64,000 nt of DNA from a virus, in the IMG/VR virus record IMGVR_UViG_3300048113_001121, positions 64,001-128,000 of that record. The stretch is one strand, 5' to 3'. The notes beneath the pieces are model-generated. The model saw nothing but the letters and a program-made list of their open reading frames with translations. It was not told the origin of the DNA and searched no databases. Made by a program: the position numbers and the translations under genes. This document shows positions 9,711 to 19,673 of the stretch, one piece after another. Position 1 is the stretch's first letter. The number at the start of each line of letters is the position of its first letter.

Positions 9711-10961
9711 TTAACCCCTTCTTTGATTAGAGAACGTAAAGATTATATCTTTTAAATAAGCTACTTTAATCTTCTCACCATCCACCACTGCAGTTCTAAC
9801 GGCAGATTTAGTAGTAATTTTTGGGGAATAGTAACTTATTGGACCATCAGTTGCCGGATTTGGATTTGTAGTCCCTATCATCGGTGGTCGAGTACCTAAC
9901 ATACCAACTAACTTTCCGTCAACTATGAAACCACTATCGGTAAGTTTAGCATCTAAGACTCCGTCAAACTCCCAATCAATACCTAACTCATCTGCACGTT
10001 CAACACTAAGTGCCAAGTGCCAAGTACCATTACCGTAACTGTCCCAAACTCTATAACCTTCTCTATATTTACCTACTCCGTCAGCATAAACAGGAACCAT
10101 CCACTTTGTTGACTCATTCTTAATCTTTTTACCAGGTGTTTTTTCTCCATCAATTTTTAATTCATTTTTTACTTCATATTGTTCAGCATTTGGTTCTAAA
10201 GTAATTTTTCTGAATTCCTCACCTCTTTTATCGTCGCCTTGTCCGTAGAAGTTATCTCCCTTTTTTACTTTGATTTTTAAATCGAATCCTGTTTCTTCTT
10301 TAATTGCGTTAATTAAAGCTTGTGCGTATTGATTAGCCCTCATATCAGCTAAATACTGATTCATTTCTTTAGGGTCAGTTTTACCGTTATATGGTTTTGC
10401 ACTTGGGTGGTCTAATTTAGAATAACCACTTGGTACCTTTAACGTAGGTGTACCTGAATCGGCACTACCCTTAATTGTTACATTAGTTAATTTATCCCCT
10501 CCACCAGCATTTATATATTTAATAAAATCGTTTACAATCTTCTTAAACTGTACATTAGCCTCAGGATACTTATCAAAGTAAGGCATAACCATATTATCCG
10601 CATATGGAAGACTACTTCCCTGTACGTTATATATTGGAATGGTAACTATAACGTTAGGTGGTGTTTCTTTACCTGGTATTTCCTTACCACCACCAACTAA
10701 CTTAGTTATGTATCTAATGTCATATCTACCTTCACCTACATTTACCGCTAATGGATTTGTTGGGTTAACATCAAAGTTAAGTGAACCAGAAACTTCCTGA
10801 TTCCAATTTTCAGACCTACCCTTCTGTTCATATTTTTTTCTGTCTCGTCTAGAAAACTTTGTTTTAACACCAGTTAAATCACCTCTTCTCTGTTCTTCAA
10901 TTACTTGTTTTACGATATTTTCAATATCACCTTCCGTTAACTTTATATGTCTTTTAACCAT
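9711..10961 (-). CDS. Protein with LTE...EEQ leader and OmpA-C-like peptidoglycan-binding domain
   Basis: VTIKGSADSG...MNQYLADMRANQYAQAL...FRKITLE resembles the OmpA_C pattern; TATTTATA box at 10979-10986. Confidence 0.6.
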   Translation of the reverse strand: MVKRHIKLTEGDIENIVKQVIEEQRRGDLTGVKTKFSRRDRKKYEQKGRSENWNQEVSGSLNFDVNPTNPLAVNVGEGRYDIRYITKLVGGGKEIPGKETPPNVIVTIPIYNVQGSSLPYADNMVMPYFDKYPEANVQFKKIVNDFIKYINAGGGDKLTNVTIKGSADSGTPTLKVPSGYSKLDHPSAKPYNGKTDPKEMNQYLADMRANQYAQALINAIKEETGFDLKIKVKKGDNFYGQGDDKRGEEFRKITLEPNAEQYEVKNELKIDGEKTPGKKIKNESTKWMVPVYADGVGKYREGYRVWDSYGNGTWHLALSVERADELGIDWEFDGVLDAKLTDSGFIVDGKLVGMLGTRPPMIGTTNPNPATDGPISYYSPKITTKSAVRTAVVDGEKIKVAYLKDIIFTFSNQRRG

Positions 10962-11006
10962 TTTTAATGTATTTTTATTATAAATAGTTTCTTATTAGAA
11001 AAAAAG

Positions 11007-11018
11007 TATTTATATTTG
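11007..11018 (+). promoter_or_regulatory. Overlapping TATTTATA box and Bacteroidota sigma70 -7 box upstream of tmRNA
   Basis: TATTTATA (11007-11014) overlapping TATATTTG (11011-11018). Confidence 0.6.
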
Positions 11019-11048
11019 TACCAAGAAACAAATGTTCTTTGAAAATAT

Positions 11049-11438
11049 GGGGGCGAATGGAATTGATTGGCAGGGTCAGTTATACGGGGCACGTAGTCAA
11101 ACTTCATCTATGACTTAAATCTATGATGGAAATTTTTTAGACGGCAACGTACTAAACAAAATGTCAGCTCTAGGTTTACTTAGAACTGAACAAGTAGCTG
11201 TAGCGTAAGACGTTAACAGTGAAGAGGGGTCGGTCAGGACATATACCTTTCAACAGAAGTCCGTTGTGTGGTGGAAAAACGATTAAACCCTAAATTGAAT
11301 CGTACATCTATTGTTAGTGGAGGATGTAAAAATTGAACTAAATATTACGGAACATTGTGAACTAATGTTGTCCTAAACGTGTAGTCCTTTATAGGTGGAC
11401 TGAACAAGACGCGGGTTCGAATCCCGCCGCCTCCACCA
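11049..11438 (+). ncRNA. ssrA: tmRNA with tag GNVLNKMSALGLLRTEQVAVA
   Basis: 5' GGGGGCG pairs with 3' CGCCTCC-ACCA; T-arm GCGGG-TTCGAAT-CCCGC; pk1 stems AGTCA/TGACT and TTCATC/GATGGA; UAGAC resume context, then GGC...GCG TAA (11143-11208). Confidence 0.92.
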
Positions 11439-11442
11439 ATAG

Positions 11443-11479
11443 ATGCCAATTAAATTAATTTTAGTTGGCATTTTTTTTT
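11443..11479 (+). terminator. Terminator after tmRNA
   Basis: ATGCCAA...TTGGCAT followed by a T-run. Confidence 0.75.
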
Positions 11480-11546
11480 GATATATGGTAAAAAGGCTTA
11501 TCTTTGTAGGGTAATCATCAGTAATCACCATAAAAAAAATATCATC

Positions 11547-12296
11547 ATGACAGTAACAGGAATCAACATCGAAGAAAAAGTAAGAAACTACCAAGGAGCA
11601 AACACATTCATTCAAAAATTACAACCATCACTTTTAAAGTGGGGTCGTCTAACACCAAAACAATACGCAGTGGCAGAAAAACTAATCATGAAAGAAGTAC
11701 GTTTAGGGGAAGTTAAAATTGAAGAACTACCTATGGAGTTAAAGGCTATCGTACAATACACAGGAGAATCTAACTTCGTTAATGACCTAAAAGTTAAATA
11801 CAAAAAATACCGTCAGTTGACTGAAAAACAAGTTTCTGCTGGTTACAAAGCGATTGACCGTGAGATTCAAAAAGACTCTCAAAAAGAGTTGAACATAAAA
11901 TTGGTTGGTAACACAATCAAACTCGGTCGCAAAATCGCTCTAAGTATCAAAGAGAACTACGATATGGATTTTCACCCAATCTTAGTTGATGTTACAGAAG
12001 TGATGACTATTTCTAACAAAGCCTTCAAATTGAAAGCTAAACTCACAAAGGACAACGCAGGTATCTGCAGATGTTGTGGACGAACTCTTACTGATGAGAT
12101 GTCCCAAGTTACAGGTATCGGTCCGGTATGTGCAGGGTACGTAGGTGTTAAACACCCAAAGAACTCTAACGATGTTGCCAAGTTCAAAGAGGACATGTCC
12201 AACAAAATCGATGAAATCGGAGAATTCGAGTTTTGGATTCCAAAACGAGCAATCATCGAATGGAAAGGGACGGCAGGAGTAATGTTGAGATGGTAG
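11547..12296 (+). CDS. DUF6011-like zinc-finger protein
   Basis: CRCCGRTLTD...GIGPVC motif; TATCTTTG at 11499. Confidence 0.7.
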   Translation: MTVTGINIEEKVRNYQGANTFIQKLQPSLLKWGRLTPKQYAVAEKLIMKEVRLGEVKIEELPMELKAIVQYTGESNFVNDLKVKYKKYRQLTEKQVSAGYKAIDREIQKDSQKELNIKLVGNTIKLGRKIALSIKENYDMDFHPILVDVTEVMTISNKAFKLKAKLTKDNAGICRCCGRTLTDEMSQVTGIGPVCAGYVGVKHPKNSNDVAKFKEDMSNKIDEIGEFEFWIPKRAIIEWKGTAGVMLRW

Positions 12297-12302
12297 AAAG
12301 AG

Positions 12303-12328
12303 TGGGGGGAGTGATGACCCCCCATTTT
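12303..12328 (+). terminator. Intrinsic terminator
   Basis: TGGGGGG-loop-CCCCCCA-TTTT. Confidence 0.75.
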
Positions 12329-13076
12329 ATTTTAAATCTTCTTCAGTGGGTTCTGTTAATGAATTACCCGCACTCATGTAACGAGTCTGATAAGTATAAT
12401 CTTCTTTAGTTGCAATAGCATTCAAATTAGACGTGTAGAGCTCTCTTAAATCTTTTCGGGGGTGAGTAGTCGTAACGGCAGATAAAAACTCGTCAGACAC
12501 TATTATATTCTTTTTTAAGGTATCTAAATGGTCCTCCACTAACTTCCTTAACCCCTCTTTATTTAATATGTAAGTATGTGTGTTATAAAAATAGGAAGGT
12601 CTTATAAAATGTTCTTTACCTATTTCGTAAGAACTATGTATGTTTGGGAAATTTACATGTAATGGATTATGTGACATTAAACATAAGTCCCATTGATAAT
12701 CGATAAGTTCTTCGAATATAGACCATTGTAATGTGCCGTCAGTGTCAAAATCATCCTCAAGTATCATTATATTTTCATACCCATTTAAATAAGCGTCTTC
12801 CCAACACATAGTATGTGAAATCATACCACCAGCTTCACCATACGTAGTGGGTCTCTCCCACCAATGCCAATTAGGGTTTAAATCTGAAATATTCCAATTA
12901 TGGTATAACTCATAACCTAAATCAGTTTCAGTTTTTAAACGAGTACCTAAAAATGCATCAATAATGAATACTGGAGTGTCGTAAGGTAAAGGTATTTTAC
13001 TCAACCTGTTGTATAGGTCTTGTATATATTCTTCACTATGGTCTAAAGAAATAACATATACTTGGTCTAATTTCAT
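12327..13076 (-). CDS. Glycosyltransferase family 25-like
   Basis: VYVISLD, SH..CW, ILEDD, THTYILN..G..KL motifs. Confidence 0.8.
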   Translation of the reverse strand: MKLDQVYVISLDHSEEYIQDLYNRLSKIPLPYDTPVFIIDAFLGTRLKTETDLGYELYHNWNISDLNPNWHWWERPTTYGEAGGMISHTMCWEDAYLNGYENIMILEDDFDTDGTLQWSIFEELIDYQWDLCLMSHNPLHVNFPNIHSSYEIGKEHFIRPSYFYNTHTYILNKEGLRKLVEDHLDTLKKNIIVSDEFLSAVTTTHPRKDLRELYTSNLNAIATKEDYTYQTRYMSAGNSLTEPTEEDLK

Positions 13077-13268
13077 GGAAGTACTTTTTATTATAAAATA
13101 TATTACTTACGAATAAATTAAAGGATTACCCATATAAAATTTAAAGCACCATCACAAAAATACATATAAAGTTTTTAACCACAAAATTATAACACCATTA
13201 AAATAAAAAAAGGTACCGTTTCCGATACCTTTTAATAGATTGAATTACCCCCTTTTTCTTAAAAAAGT

Positions 13269-13871
13269 TTATGAAAGCATATTATCTCTAATGTCTTTCA
13301 ACTTTAATTCCATTTTGGAATTAACGTCCCCTATAACAGGCTTCAACTTATCGACAAATGTGTCTTCAAGTTTTTTGACCATATCTGAGTTGTCTGTACT
13401 CACCATTGAATATTTACTACCCATATCTTCGGAGTATGCTTGAGATATTTTCTGAGCCAAAAATCTTGGGTCATTAAATAATTCCGATACTTCGTCCATT
13501 TCAGTGTTACCTATAGCACTAACTAATATTTCTTGTTCAATATCAGTAAGTTGTAACTTACTTTTTAAGTATTCAGCCAATTTTTCTTTAACTATGTCAA
13601 GAAAACGAGGACCTTCCTCATCAAACATTTGACTTAATACTTGAACCATATTTTCATTAATTACTTTCTGGTTAATACCATGAGACTTTAATGTTCTCAC
13701 TTCATTAAACAGTACATTAAACGTTTTATTATTTTGTATTGTGGAGTGTTTATTTATATTTTTAGGTACCATAGAGAATCTACCTTTAACTATTTTTTCT
13801 TCAGTTAATGATACCTTTTTTTCTTCTTGTAAAATTTGAATGTTTCTTCTTATTGAATCTTGTATACCCAT
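13269..13871 (-). CDS. Hypothetical protein (LQE/LTE leader)
   Basis: Likely start MGIQ at 13871; last gene of the 18897-13269 run. Confidence 0.65.
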   Translation of the reverse strand: MGIQDSIRRNIQILQEEKKVSLTEEKIVKGRFSMVPKNINKHSTIQNNKTFNVLFNEVRTLKSHGINQKVINENMVQVLSQMFDEEGPRFLDIVKEKLAEYLKSKLQLTDIEQEILVSAIGNTEMDEVSELFNDPRFLAQKISQAYSEDMGSKYSMVSTDNSDMVKKLEDTFVDKLKPVIGDVNSKMELKLKDIRDNMLS

Positions 13872-13875
13872 TTTA

Positions 13876-15288
13876 TTAATCTTGTTTTTTCCAAACATGA
13901 AACGATTCTGTAAATTCAGAGCTTTTCACTTTTGTCTTTTTATAGTTTGAGTCTTCAACAGGTCTCTTAAATAAATATCCCTGACCTTTAAGTTTTTCTA
14001 ATATCTCTTTTTGTTTTTTTGTAAAATCATTACCAACCTCATCAGAACTAACCAAAGATGCTAAACCTTTAAGTTCTTTTTGTTTCATAACCTCCTCATA
14101 AGGTTCTTCTTTAACTGGTTGATTAACCACTAATTTAGGTTCTTTGACCTCAACCTCTTTTTTAAATTCAATATCTTTATTGATATCTCCTTTAACTATT
14201 TCAAAATCCCTATCATCAGGTCCATCGTTATTTTTAATTGAGAAGTACTGTGTCCCTACAAGACCACCTAATCCTTTTTCCTCACCAAACCCTAAATTAA
14301 CATTAGAATCTTTTGGGTATGAACCCAATTTAATTAGTTGACCATCTTCTTTATCAGAACCCTTAGCTCTTACTACGGCCATAACAAAACCTCTATCACC
14401 AACAATATTTTGACTATGTAAGTCTTTTAAATGTTGTTCGATATCTCTTTTATCTTGTAAATCAAATATTACTCTTTCTTTACCTTTTTCTGAAACAGTA
14501 TAAAAATATATGTCTCTTAATTTTTCTTCTATTTTGTCTGATATTGATTTCATTTCTTTTTGTTCAAATATTTTATTTTCATGTAAAGATGTTGTGAAGT
14601 ATTCTGTTAGTTTAATCCATCCCGGTTGACCACCCGCTTTTTCGTCATCATAAAAAAACCATTCACCATTTTCTTTCTTTAATTTAAATGGTTTATATTT
14701 ACCATTTTCAACTCTACTTTCACCCTGAAAAAATAATTCACCATTATTATCAAATAACGAGTCTTTAATTATTTTAGGTTGAGTATCACCTGATATATTT
14801 TTCCATATTGGAAAATCATCTATAATGGCACTTTTTTTAAATCCAGTACATATACCACCACCTTCTATTACGGGTTTACACAATTTTAATGTCGCTTTGG
14901 TTGACGTTAAACTACCTTCACTGTCGGTACATCTAATACAAAAATTAGATTTCCAATTAGTAGTTGGGGAATTATCGTTACCACCATTATCATCATTATC
15001 ATCATTGTCATCATTATCGTTATTTGATTGTTCACCTACATTCTCAATTCCCGTACATGTAAAAGTCCTAACCTCTCCAGAGGTATTACTAGCAATGGTC
15101 ATGTTCGGATAAATAGTATAATCCTTATCACTTGCTGTTGTTACCTTAATTACATCTTCGGTCCCATCTTTTGTGATTTCAAACTTTTTAGCATTACCCT
15201 TTCTAAATATCTGTGGTAGACATTCTTTATCACGAATGTACTCTAATCTTTGAATGTTAATACTTTTTTCTTCGTTTAGTTGTTTCAT
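13876..15288 (-). CDS. Hypothetical 470-aa protein (LNE leader)
   Basis: ORF track; N/D-rich linker. Confidence 0.7.
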   Translation of the reverse strand: MKQLNEEKSINIQRLEYIRDKECLPQIFRKGNAKKFEITKDGTEDVIKVTTASDKDYTIYPNMTIASNTSGEVRTFTCTGIENVGEQSNNDNDDNDDNDDNGGNDNSPTTNWKSNFCIRCTDSEGSLTSTKATLKLCKPVIEGGGICTGFKKSAIIDDFPIWKNISGDTQPKIIKDSLFDNNGELFFQGESRVENGKYKPFKLKKENGEWFFYDDEKAGGQPGWIKLTEYFTTSLHENKIFEQKEMKSISDKIEEKLRDIYFYTVSEKGKERVIFDLQDKRDIEQHLKDLHSQNIVGDRGFVMAVVRAKGSDKEDGQLIKLGSYPKDSNVNLGFGEEKGLGGLVGTQYFSIKNNDGPDDRDFEIVKGDINKDIEFKKEVEVKEPKLVVNQPVKEEPYEEVMKQKELKGLASLVSSDEVGNDFTKKQKEILEKLKGQGYLFKRPVEDSNYKKTKVKSSEFTESFHVWKKQD

Positions 15289-15299
15289 AATATTATTTT

Positions 15300-17174
15300 T
15301 TAAAAGTCTTCATTCTCTAATGGTTTAACTATATTACCACCTTCTAACTCGTTTTCGATTTTTTCCATTTCTGCTTTCATTTCATCAAGTTCCCCCTCCA
15401 AACCACCAATAAAACTATCTTGTTTTGTTGGTGAACTTAAAACTTGTTCAGATTCAACAAGTAAATTAACTACATTCATTACAAAACCAGGGTCCAATGT
15501 TGCCAACTCCAAAAGAAACATACCCCCTTCGTCATCAGTATCTATTTTATTACCGGCAAAAGGTATAGCTTGTTTTATTATTTCTTCAAAAAGATTTTTA
15601 TCATCGTCAAGTTCTTCAATACCTCTATGCCACAATGCCCAATTAATTGCCCATTTGTTTATTCCAGTCGCATCCGTTAAAAATCTACACGCCTCAATTT
15701 TTTTAGCTATTTGATTTTTTCTACTTTCCATTTTTTGTCTTGTGGTATCCCCCTTAACCTCAAGATTTTTCGTACACGCTTTAAAGTCATCCCTTTTGAG
15801 CCAACTCATTGCTGCTCCGCCAAGGACAGGTACTATACTCAAGACTAAGTTAATTTTAAAAGAGTTTAATATCACATCTCTAACATACGCGACCTTTGCA
15901 GATTTAGGCCCATAGTTGTCTATTAATTTTTTGTAATTTTTTTTACTTTTTCCCCATGGGAAACCTCTTTTAGAACCTGAAAGAAACAAATTCGAAATAT
16001 TAGCTCTAATTTTCTGTCTGAGGACTTTATCAGATTCAGCTACTCCCTTTATGGCCTTAATAGGGTTAACACTTTCGTCGCCCCAAAACTTAAATACTGA
16101 AAAAAAGTCATCTGTAATACCTTTCCAAAATTGTTCCCAAGCGGGTACATGTTTTGCGGTCTTACCCCATAGTTTATAAAAATCCCAACCACCGTCTGTT
16201 TCTTTAGTTAATGACTTCCAAACTCTTTTGAATTCTGGGTCTTTTGATGCTACATCATCCAAATAGTTTTTAATCGACACAAATTCATTATTACTTTTCT
16301 TATAAAGTGTCTCCATCTCTTTTTTTAATTGAGTATCTAATTTACCATAAAGATTTGTATTGGTTGTCTTTGTTCTTGCCGCGGCTATCTTTTTAATTTT
16401 ATTAGCTCTCTCGTCAACAATACCGGCCAATTCTTTTAATCTTTTACTTATTTCAAGGTTAAAAGTCCTTTTAGGGTTAGCTAAAATTAATATTTCTTCG
16501 TCTGACAGAGATTCTTTGACTTTTTTCCATTTTGAACTATCAAATATATCGGATACCTTAGTTCCATCTTTCAAAGTCATTGAATTTTTTTCAGGTATTT
16601 TACTACTAGCCACTTTAAGTGTCTCATCTGCGGTTTTTACTAAATCGGCAACTTCCTTAGATATCTTAGACATTAACGAGTCAGGTACTATATTACTATT
16701 TTTAATCGTTACCATTACATCTTTCATGACCGTATCATAAGCGTCCTGAAGACTAAGACCCTTTTCTTTTATTAAGTTTTTTATTGCGGTATCGGCATCC
16801 GTAACTAATTTACCAAGACTCTCATATAATTTTTCAGAGTTAAATATTGAATCAACAAGTTTTTCATAGACCTTAGGGTCTGTTTTTTTAGAAAGTTCTA
16901 ATACATTATCAACACTCTGTTTTAATGTTGTTGTGTTATCAGTTAAATCTTTCATTTCTTTTTTAAGTAAAGTGGATAACTCATCTGAAACTTTAACTCC
17001 TCCAATAACTATTTCATCAGCAGCTGATTTTACTATTAAAGAAGGGTCTACATTCTTACCTGCCTTTACACCCATCATCAATAAATCATCCCAAAACGAT
17101 TCATTTATAATGAATTTTAAACCCATTATATCTTGTATTCTACTAACTTCAGTTATTATTTTTTTATTCTTCAT
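15300..17174 (-). CDS. Large helical protein with hydrophobic segments, putative ejected/internal virion protein
   Basis: IITEVSRIQDIMG leader; hydrophobic stretch INLVLSIVPVLGGAAM. Confidence 0.6.
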   Translation of the reverse strand: MKNKKIITEVSRIQDIMGLKFIINESFWDDLLMMGVKAGKNVDPSLIVKSAADEIVIGGVKVSDELSTLLKKEMKDLTDNTTTLKQSVDNVLELSKKTDPKVYEKLVDSIFNSEKLYESLGKLVTDADTAIKNLIKEKGLSLQDAYDTVMKDVMVTIKNSNIVPDSLMSKISKEVADLVKTADETLKVASSKIPEKNSMTLKDGTKVSDIFDSSKWKKVKESLSDEEILILANPKRTFNLEISKRLKELAGIVDERANKIKKIAAARTKTTNTNLYGKLDTQLKKEMETLYKKSNNEFVSIKNYLDDVASKDPEFKRVWKSLTKETDGGWDFYKLWGKTAKHVPAWEQFWKGITDDFFSVFKFWGDESVNPIKAIKGVAESDKVLRQKIRANISNLFLSGSKRGFPWGKSKKNYKKLIDNYGPKSAKVAYVRDVILNSFKINLVLSIVPVLGGAAMSWLKRDDFKACTKNLEVKGDTTRQKMESRKNQIAKKIEACRFLTDATGINKWAINWALWHRGIEELDDDKNLFEEIIKQAIPFAGNKIDTDDEGGMFLLELATLDPGFVMNVVNLLVESEQVLSSPTKQDSFIGGLEGELDEMKAEMEKIENELEGGNIVKPLENEDF

Positions 17175-18897
17175 TTTCTTGTTTTTTTAATATTTCTTCC
17201 ATTTTTGCTATGGTATCTTCACCAACCACACCATCAAATCCTTCACCACCAAGATAATCTAGTTGGAATTCATAAACGGCACTTGACGTATCTGGCCCAA
17301 AATCCGCGTCTGGTTTATCACTTAAATAAACTTTATTTTCGTTATCTTTAGTTTTTATTTTATTTAATAATGTTTGAACGTATTTCGTGGAGACCCCCTT
17401 GTCCCCTTCTTGGATGGTACCCGTTCCATTTCTCAACATTTTAACGGTTATGTTATGACCACTTCTAAATGAAATGGTATCCTTTAAACTACTTCCAAGT
17501 TTATCTAAATCTATTTTTTCTGCGTCGGTTGGACCCTTAGTATATGAAGCTATAAGCCCCCCACCTTCTTCAGTATTAGGAATTTCTTTTATTGATTTTT
17601 CAATCGCACCTTTAATTTTATCGATACCGTTTGTATTTTCAGTTCCGTCCTCATTCCAAACTAAACTCCAAAGACCTTTACCCATTAATTTAAGGACCTC
17701 ACCTATACCTTCATCATATGCCATATCCATTATTGCTCCATAATCTGAACCTATTTGTTTTGAAGTTCCGTCAGGTAGTTCTGCAATAAAATTTCTCATT
17801 CTTCTTCTCTTTTCCTCGCCAAGAGATTTACCGACACTGTAGGCCAACCAAATTTGGTCAAATGTATATGTAAGACCCACAGCTAAACCTAATCCTTTAG
17901 ATAACTTCGCTAACGCATATAATTGTTTACCAAGAGGTAACTTAAGTAACATTGACTTTGCTTTTAGTACCGAGTATTTAAGTGTTTCTTTAGACAATAA
18001 TGAAGCATTTTTTATACTCGCCTTTCTAAAAATTAGATATTTTTCTAAATCGGCTTTAGGTAAATTTTCTAAACCTTTTTCACTCACATTCTTTATTATT
18101 TTTACCATATCGTCAGGTGCACCTGCAACTTCTTGTAAAACCTTTAATTCGTACTTACCTAAACCTTTAAACATTTTAATTACCTTAAAAAATTCATCAC
18201 CTGGTATTACAGCTAAAGCTCCTGCCATTCCAGCTGAATAATAATCTCTTTCCTCTATGTAAAGATACGCGTCTGCAAGGGCTACACCACCTGCGGCTAC
18301 TAATGAAACAGTACTTACAGTACCTAAAGCTACTGCTACAGAACCTCCAGCGGTAAAAGGTGCCGCGGCAATCGCAGCAACAAAACCTAACCCAATAAGT
18401 CCCATTTCTAAATAACCTAACGTCTCATGAGTACCTCTATTTTCGGCTTTAGGTCCATAAAAAGAACTCCAATCATTCCAATCCATATCATAAATTTCAT
18501 CTAAGTACTTATCACTACTACAATAAACTGTTGTATTTGATGTACAATCACAAGATTTTACTTTACCACATAATTTTACAACGGCTCTTTCAGACTTGTA
18601 TGGTAAGTAGTATTTACCATTTTTACCACTTTTACGAGGTTCTTGAGGTTCTTCATTGGTAATATATAGTGACATTTCATCGTCAAGTTGTTCAGCTTCA
18701 GTTTTCTCTTTCGGTTTGGATTTTTTAGTCTTATTAGGGCCGGGAATCTTTGTTCCTGTTATCGATGTAGTACCTGGTTTACCAATATTACGTGTCCAAG
18801 CTGGGTCTTGTTCCATTAAAGTCTTAGACCTATCGTAGTTCATTAAAACAACAATTTGTTTTAATTCTTCCGTTATTATTTTATTATTGTTATCCAT
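17164..18897 (-). CDS. Protein with Gly/Ala-rich membrane segment and C-terminal PG_binding_1-like domain
   Basis: IITEE leader; GLIGLGFVAAIAAAPFTAGGSVAVALG; QEGDKGVSTKYVQTLL...DADFGPDTSSAVYEFQ...DGVVGEDT. Confidence 0.7.
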   Translation of the reverse strand: MDNNNKIITEELKQIVVLMNYDRSKTLMEQDPAWTRNIGKPGTTSITGTKIPGPNKTKKSKPKEKTEAEQLDDEMSLYITNEEPQEPRKSGKNGKYYLPYKSERAVVKLCGKVKSCDCTSNTTVYCSSDKYLDEIYDMDWNDWSSFYGPKAENRGTHETLGYLEMGLIGLGFVAAIAAAPFTAGGSVAVALGTVSTVSLVAAGGVALADAYLYIEERDYYSAGMAGALAVIPGDEFFKVIKMFKGLGKYELKVLQEVAGAPDDMVKIIKNVSEKGLENLPKADLEKYLIFRKASIKNASLLSKETLKYSVLKAKSMLLKLPLGKQLYALAKLSKGLGLAVGLTYTFDQIWLAYSVGKSLGEEKRRRMRNFIAELPDGTSKQIGSDYGAIMDMAYDEGIGEVLKLMGKGLWSLVWNEDGTENTNGIDKIKGAIEKSIKEIPNTEEGGGLIASYTKGPTDAEKIDLDKLGSSLKDTISFRSGHNITVKMLRNGTGTIQEGDKGVSTKYVQTLLNKIKTKDNENKVYLSDKPDADFGPDTSSAVYEFQLDYLGGEGFDGVVGEDTIAKMEEILKKQENEE

Positions 18898-18912
18898 TAC
18901 TTTATAAATATG

Positions 18913-19584
18913 TTAATTAAGGGGATTTGACTTACCTCTACTTATTCCTGTTTCCCACGTACCTGTGGAATCAATATGATTACCCTTACCTCTATTAACA
19001 CCACTGTTCCATACTGCTACAGTTAATGTGTTAGCGGGACCTCTACTTATTCCCGTTTCCCATGTTGTAACATTGGCATTTGTTGATGAGGAATCAGCCT
19101 CTCCACCACCGTCTTCTTGTTCTCCCATCTCTTCTTTGTCACCATAGATTTCAGGGTCTTTTAATCCGTATTTTTTAATCATCTCACCAGCAACTGAATT
19201 TGCCTCATCTTCAATAGGTCCACCAACGTTGGATACCTTACCTTCAAGGTCCCCTTTTTCATTTTGCATGTGATGTACTAACTCATGAGCGATAGAACGT
19301 AAAACGTCTACCAATGCCCTTCCTAAGGTAAAGACTCTTATTTCAGAATCCTCAAATTTCTCATCTTCACCGTCTTTGTACTTATAAACTGCGGTTGTCT
19401 TAATTCCGTCTTTATCATTTTGAAGTTTAACTTCAACGTCATTATTGATGTTAAGTTCTTTTTTTACGAAATCGACAAAATCATCAATGGTCTTTTTCTC
19501 TGAGGAATCAAATTGTGATTCGCCTTCAGATATGATACCCATGATTCCTTTTATTCGTGATATTTCATTTATTAAGTGACCCAT
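18913..19584 (-). CDS. HExxH (zincin-like) protein with C-terminal W-x-[ST]-G repeats
   Basis: SIAHELVHHMQ; LINEISRIKGIMG leader. Confidence 0.65.
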   Translation of the reverse strand: MGHLINEISRIKGIMGIISEGESQFDSSEKKTIDDFVDFVKKELNINNDVEVKLQNDKDGIKTTAVYKYKDGEDEKFEDSEIRVFTLGRALVDVLRSIAHELVHHMQNEKGDLEGKVSNVGGPIEDEANSVAGEMIKKYGLKDPEIYGDKEEMGEQEDGGGEADSSSTNANVTTWETGISRGPANTLTVAVWNSGVNRGKGNHIDSTGTWETGISRGKSNPLN

Positions 19585-19673
19585 AATTCAATAAATATTA
19601 TAAAAAAGCATTATCTTCCATTGCAGTTAAATAAAAAGGCTTATCTTTGTATTAAATAAAATACATAAACATT

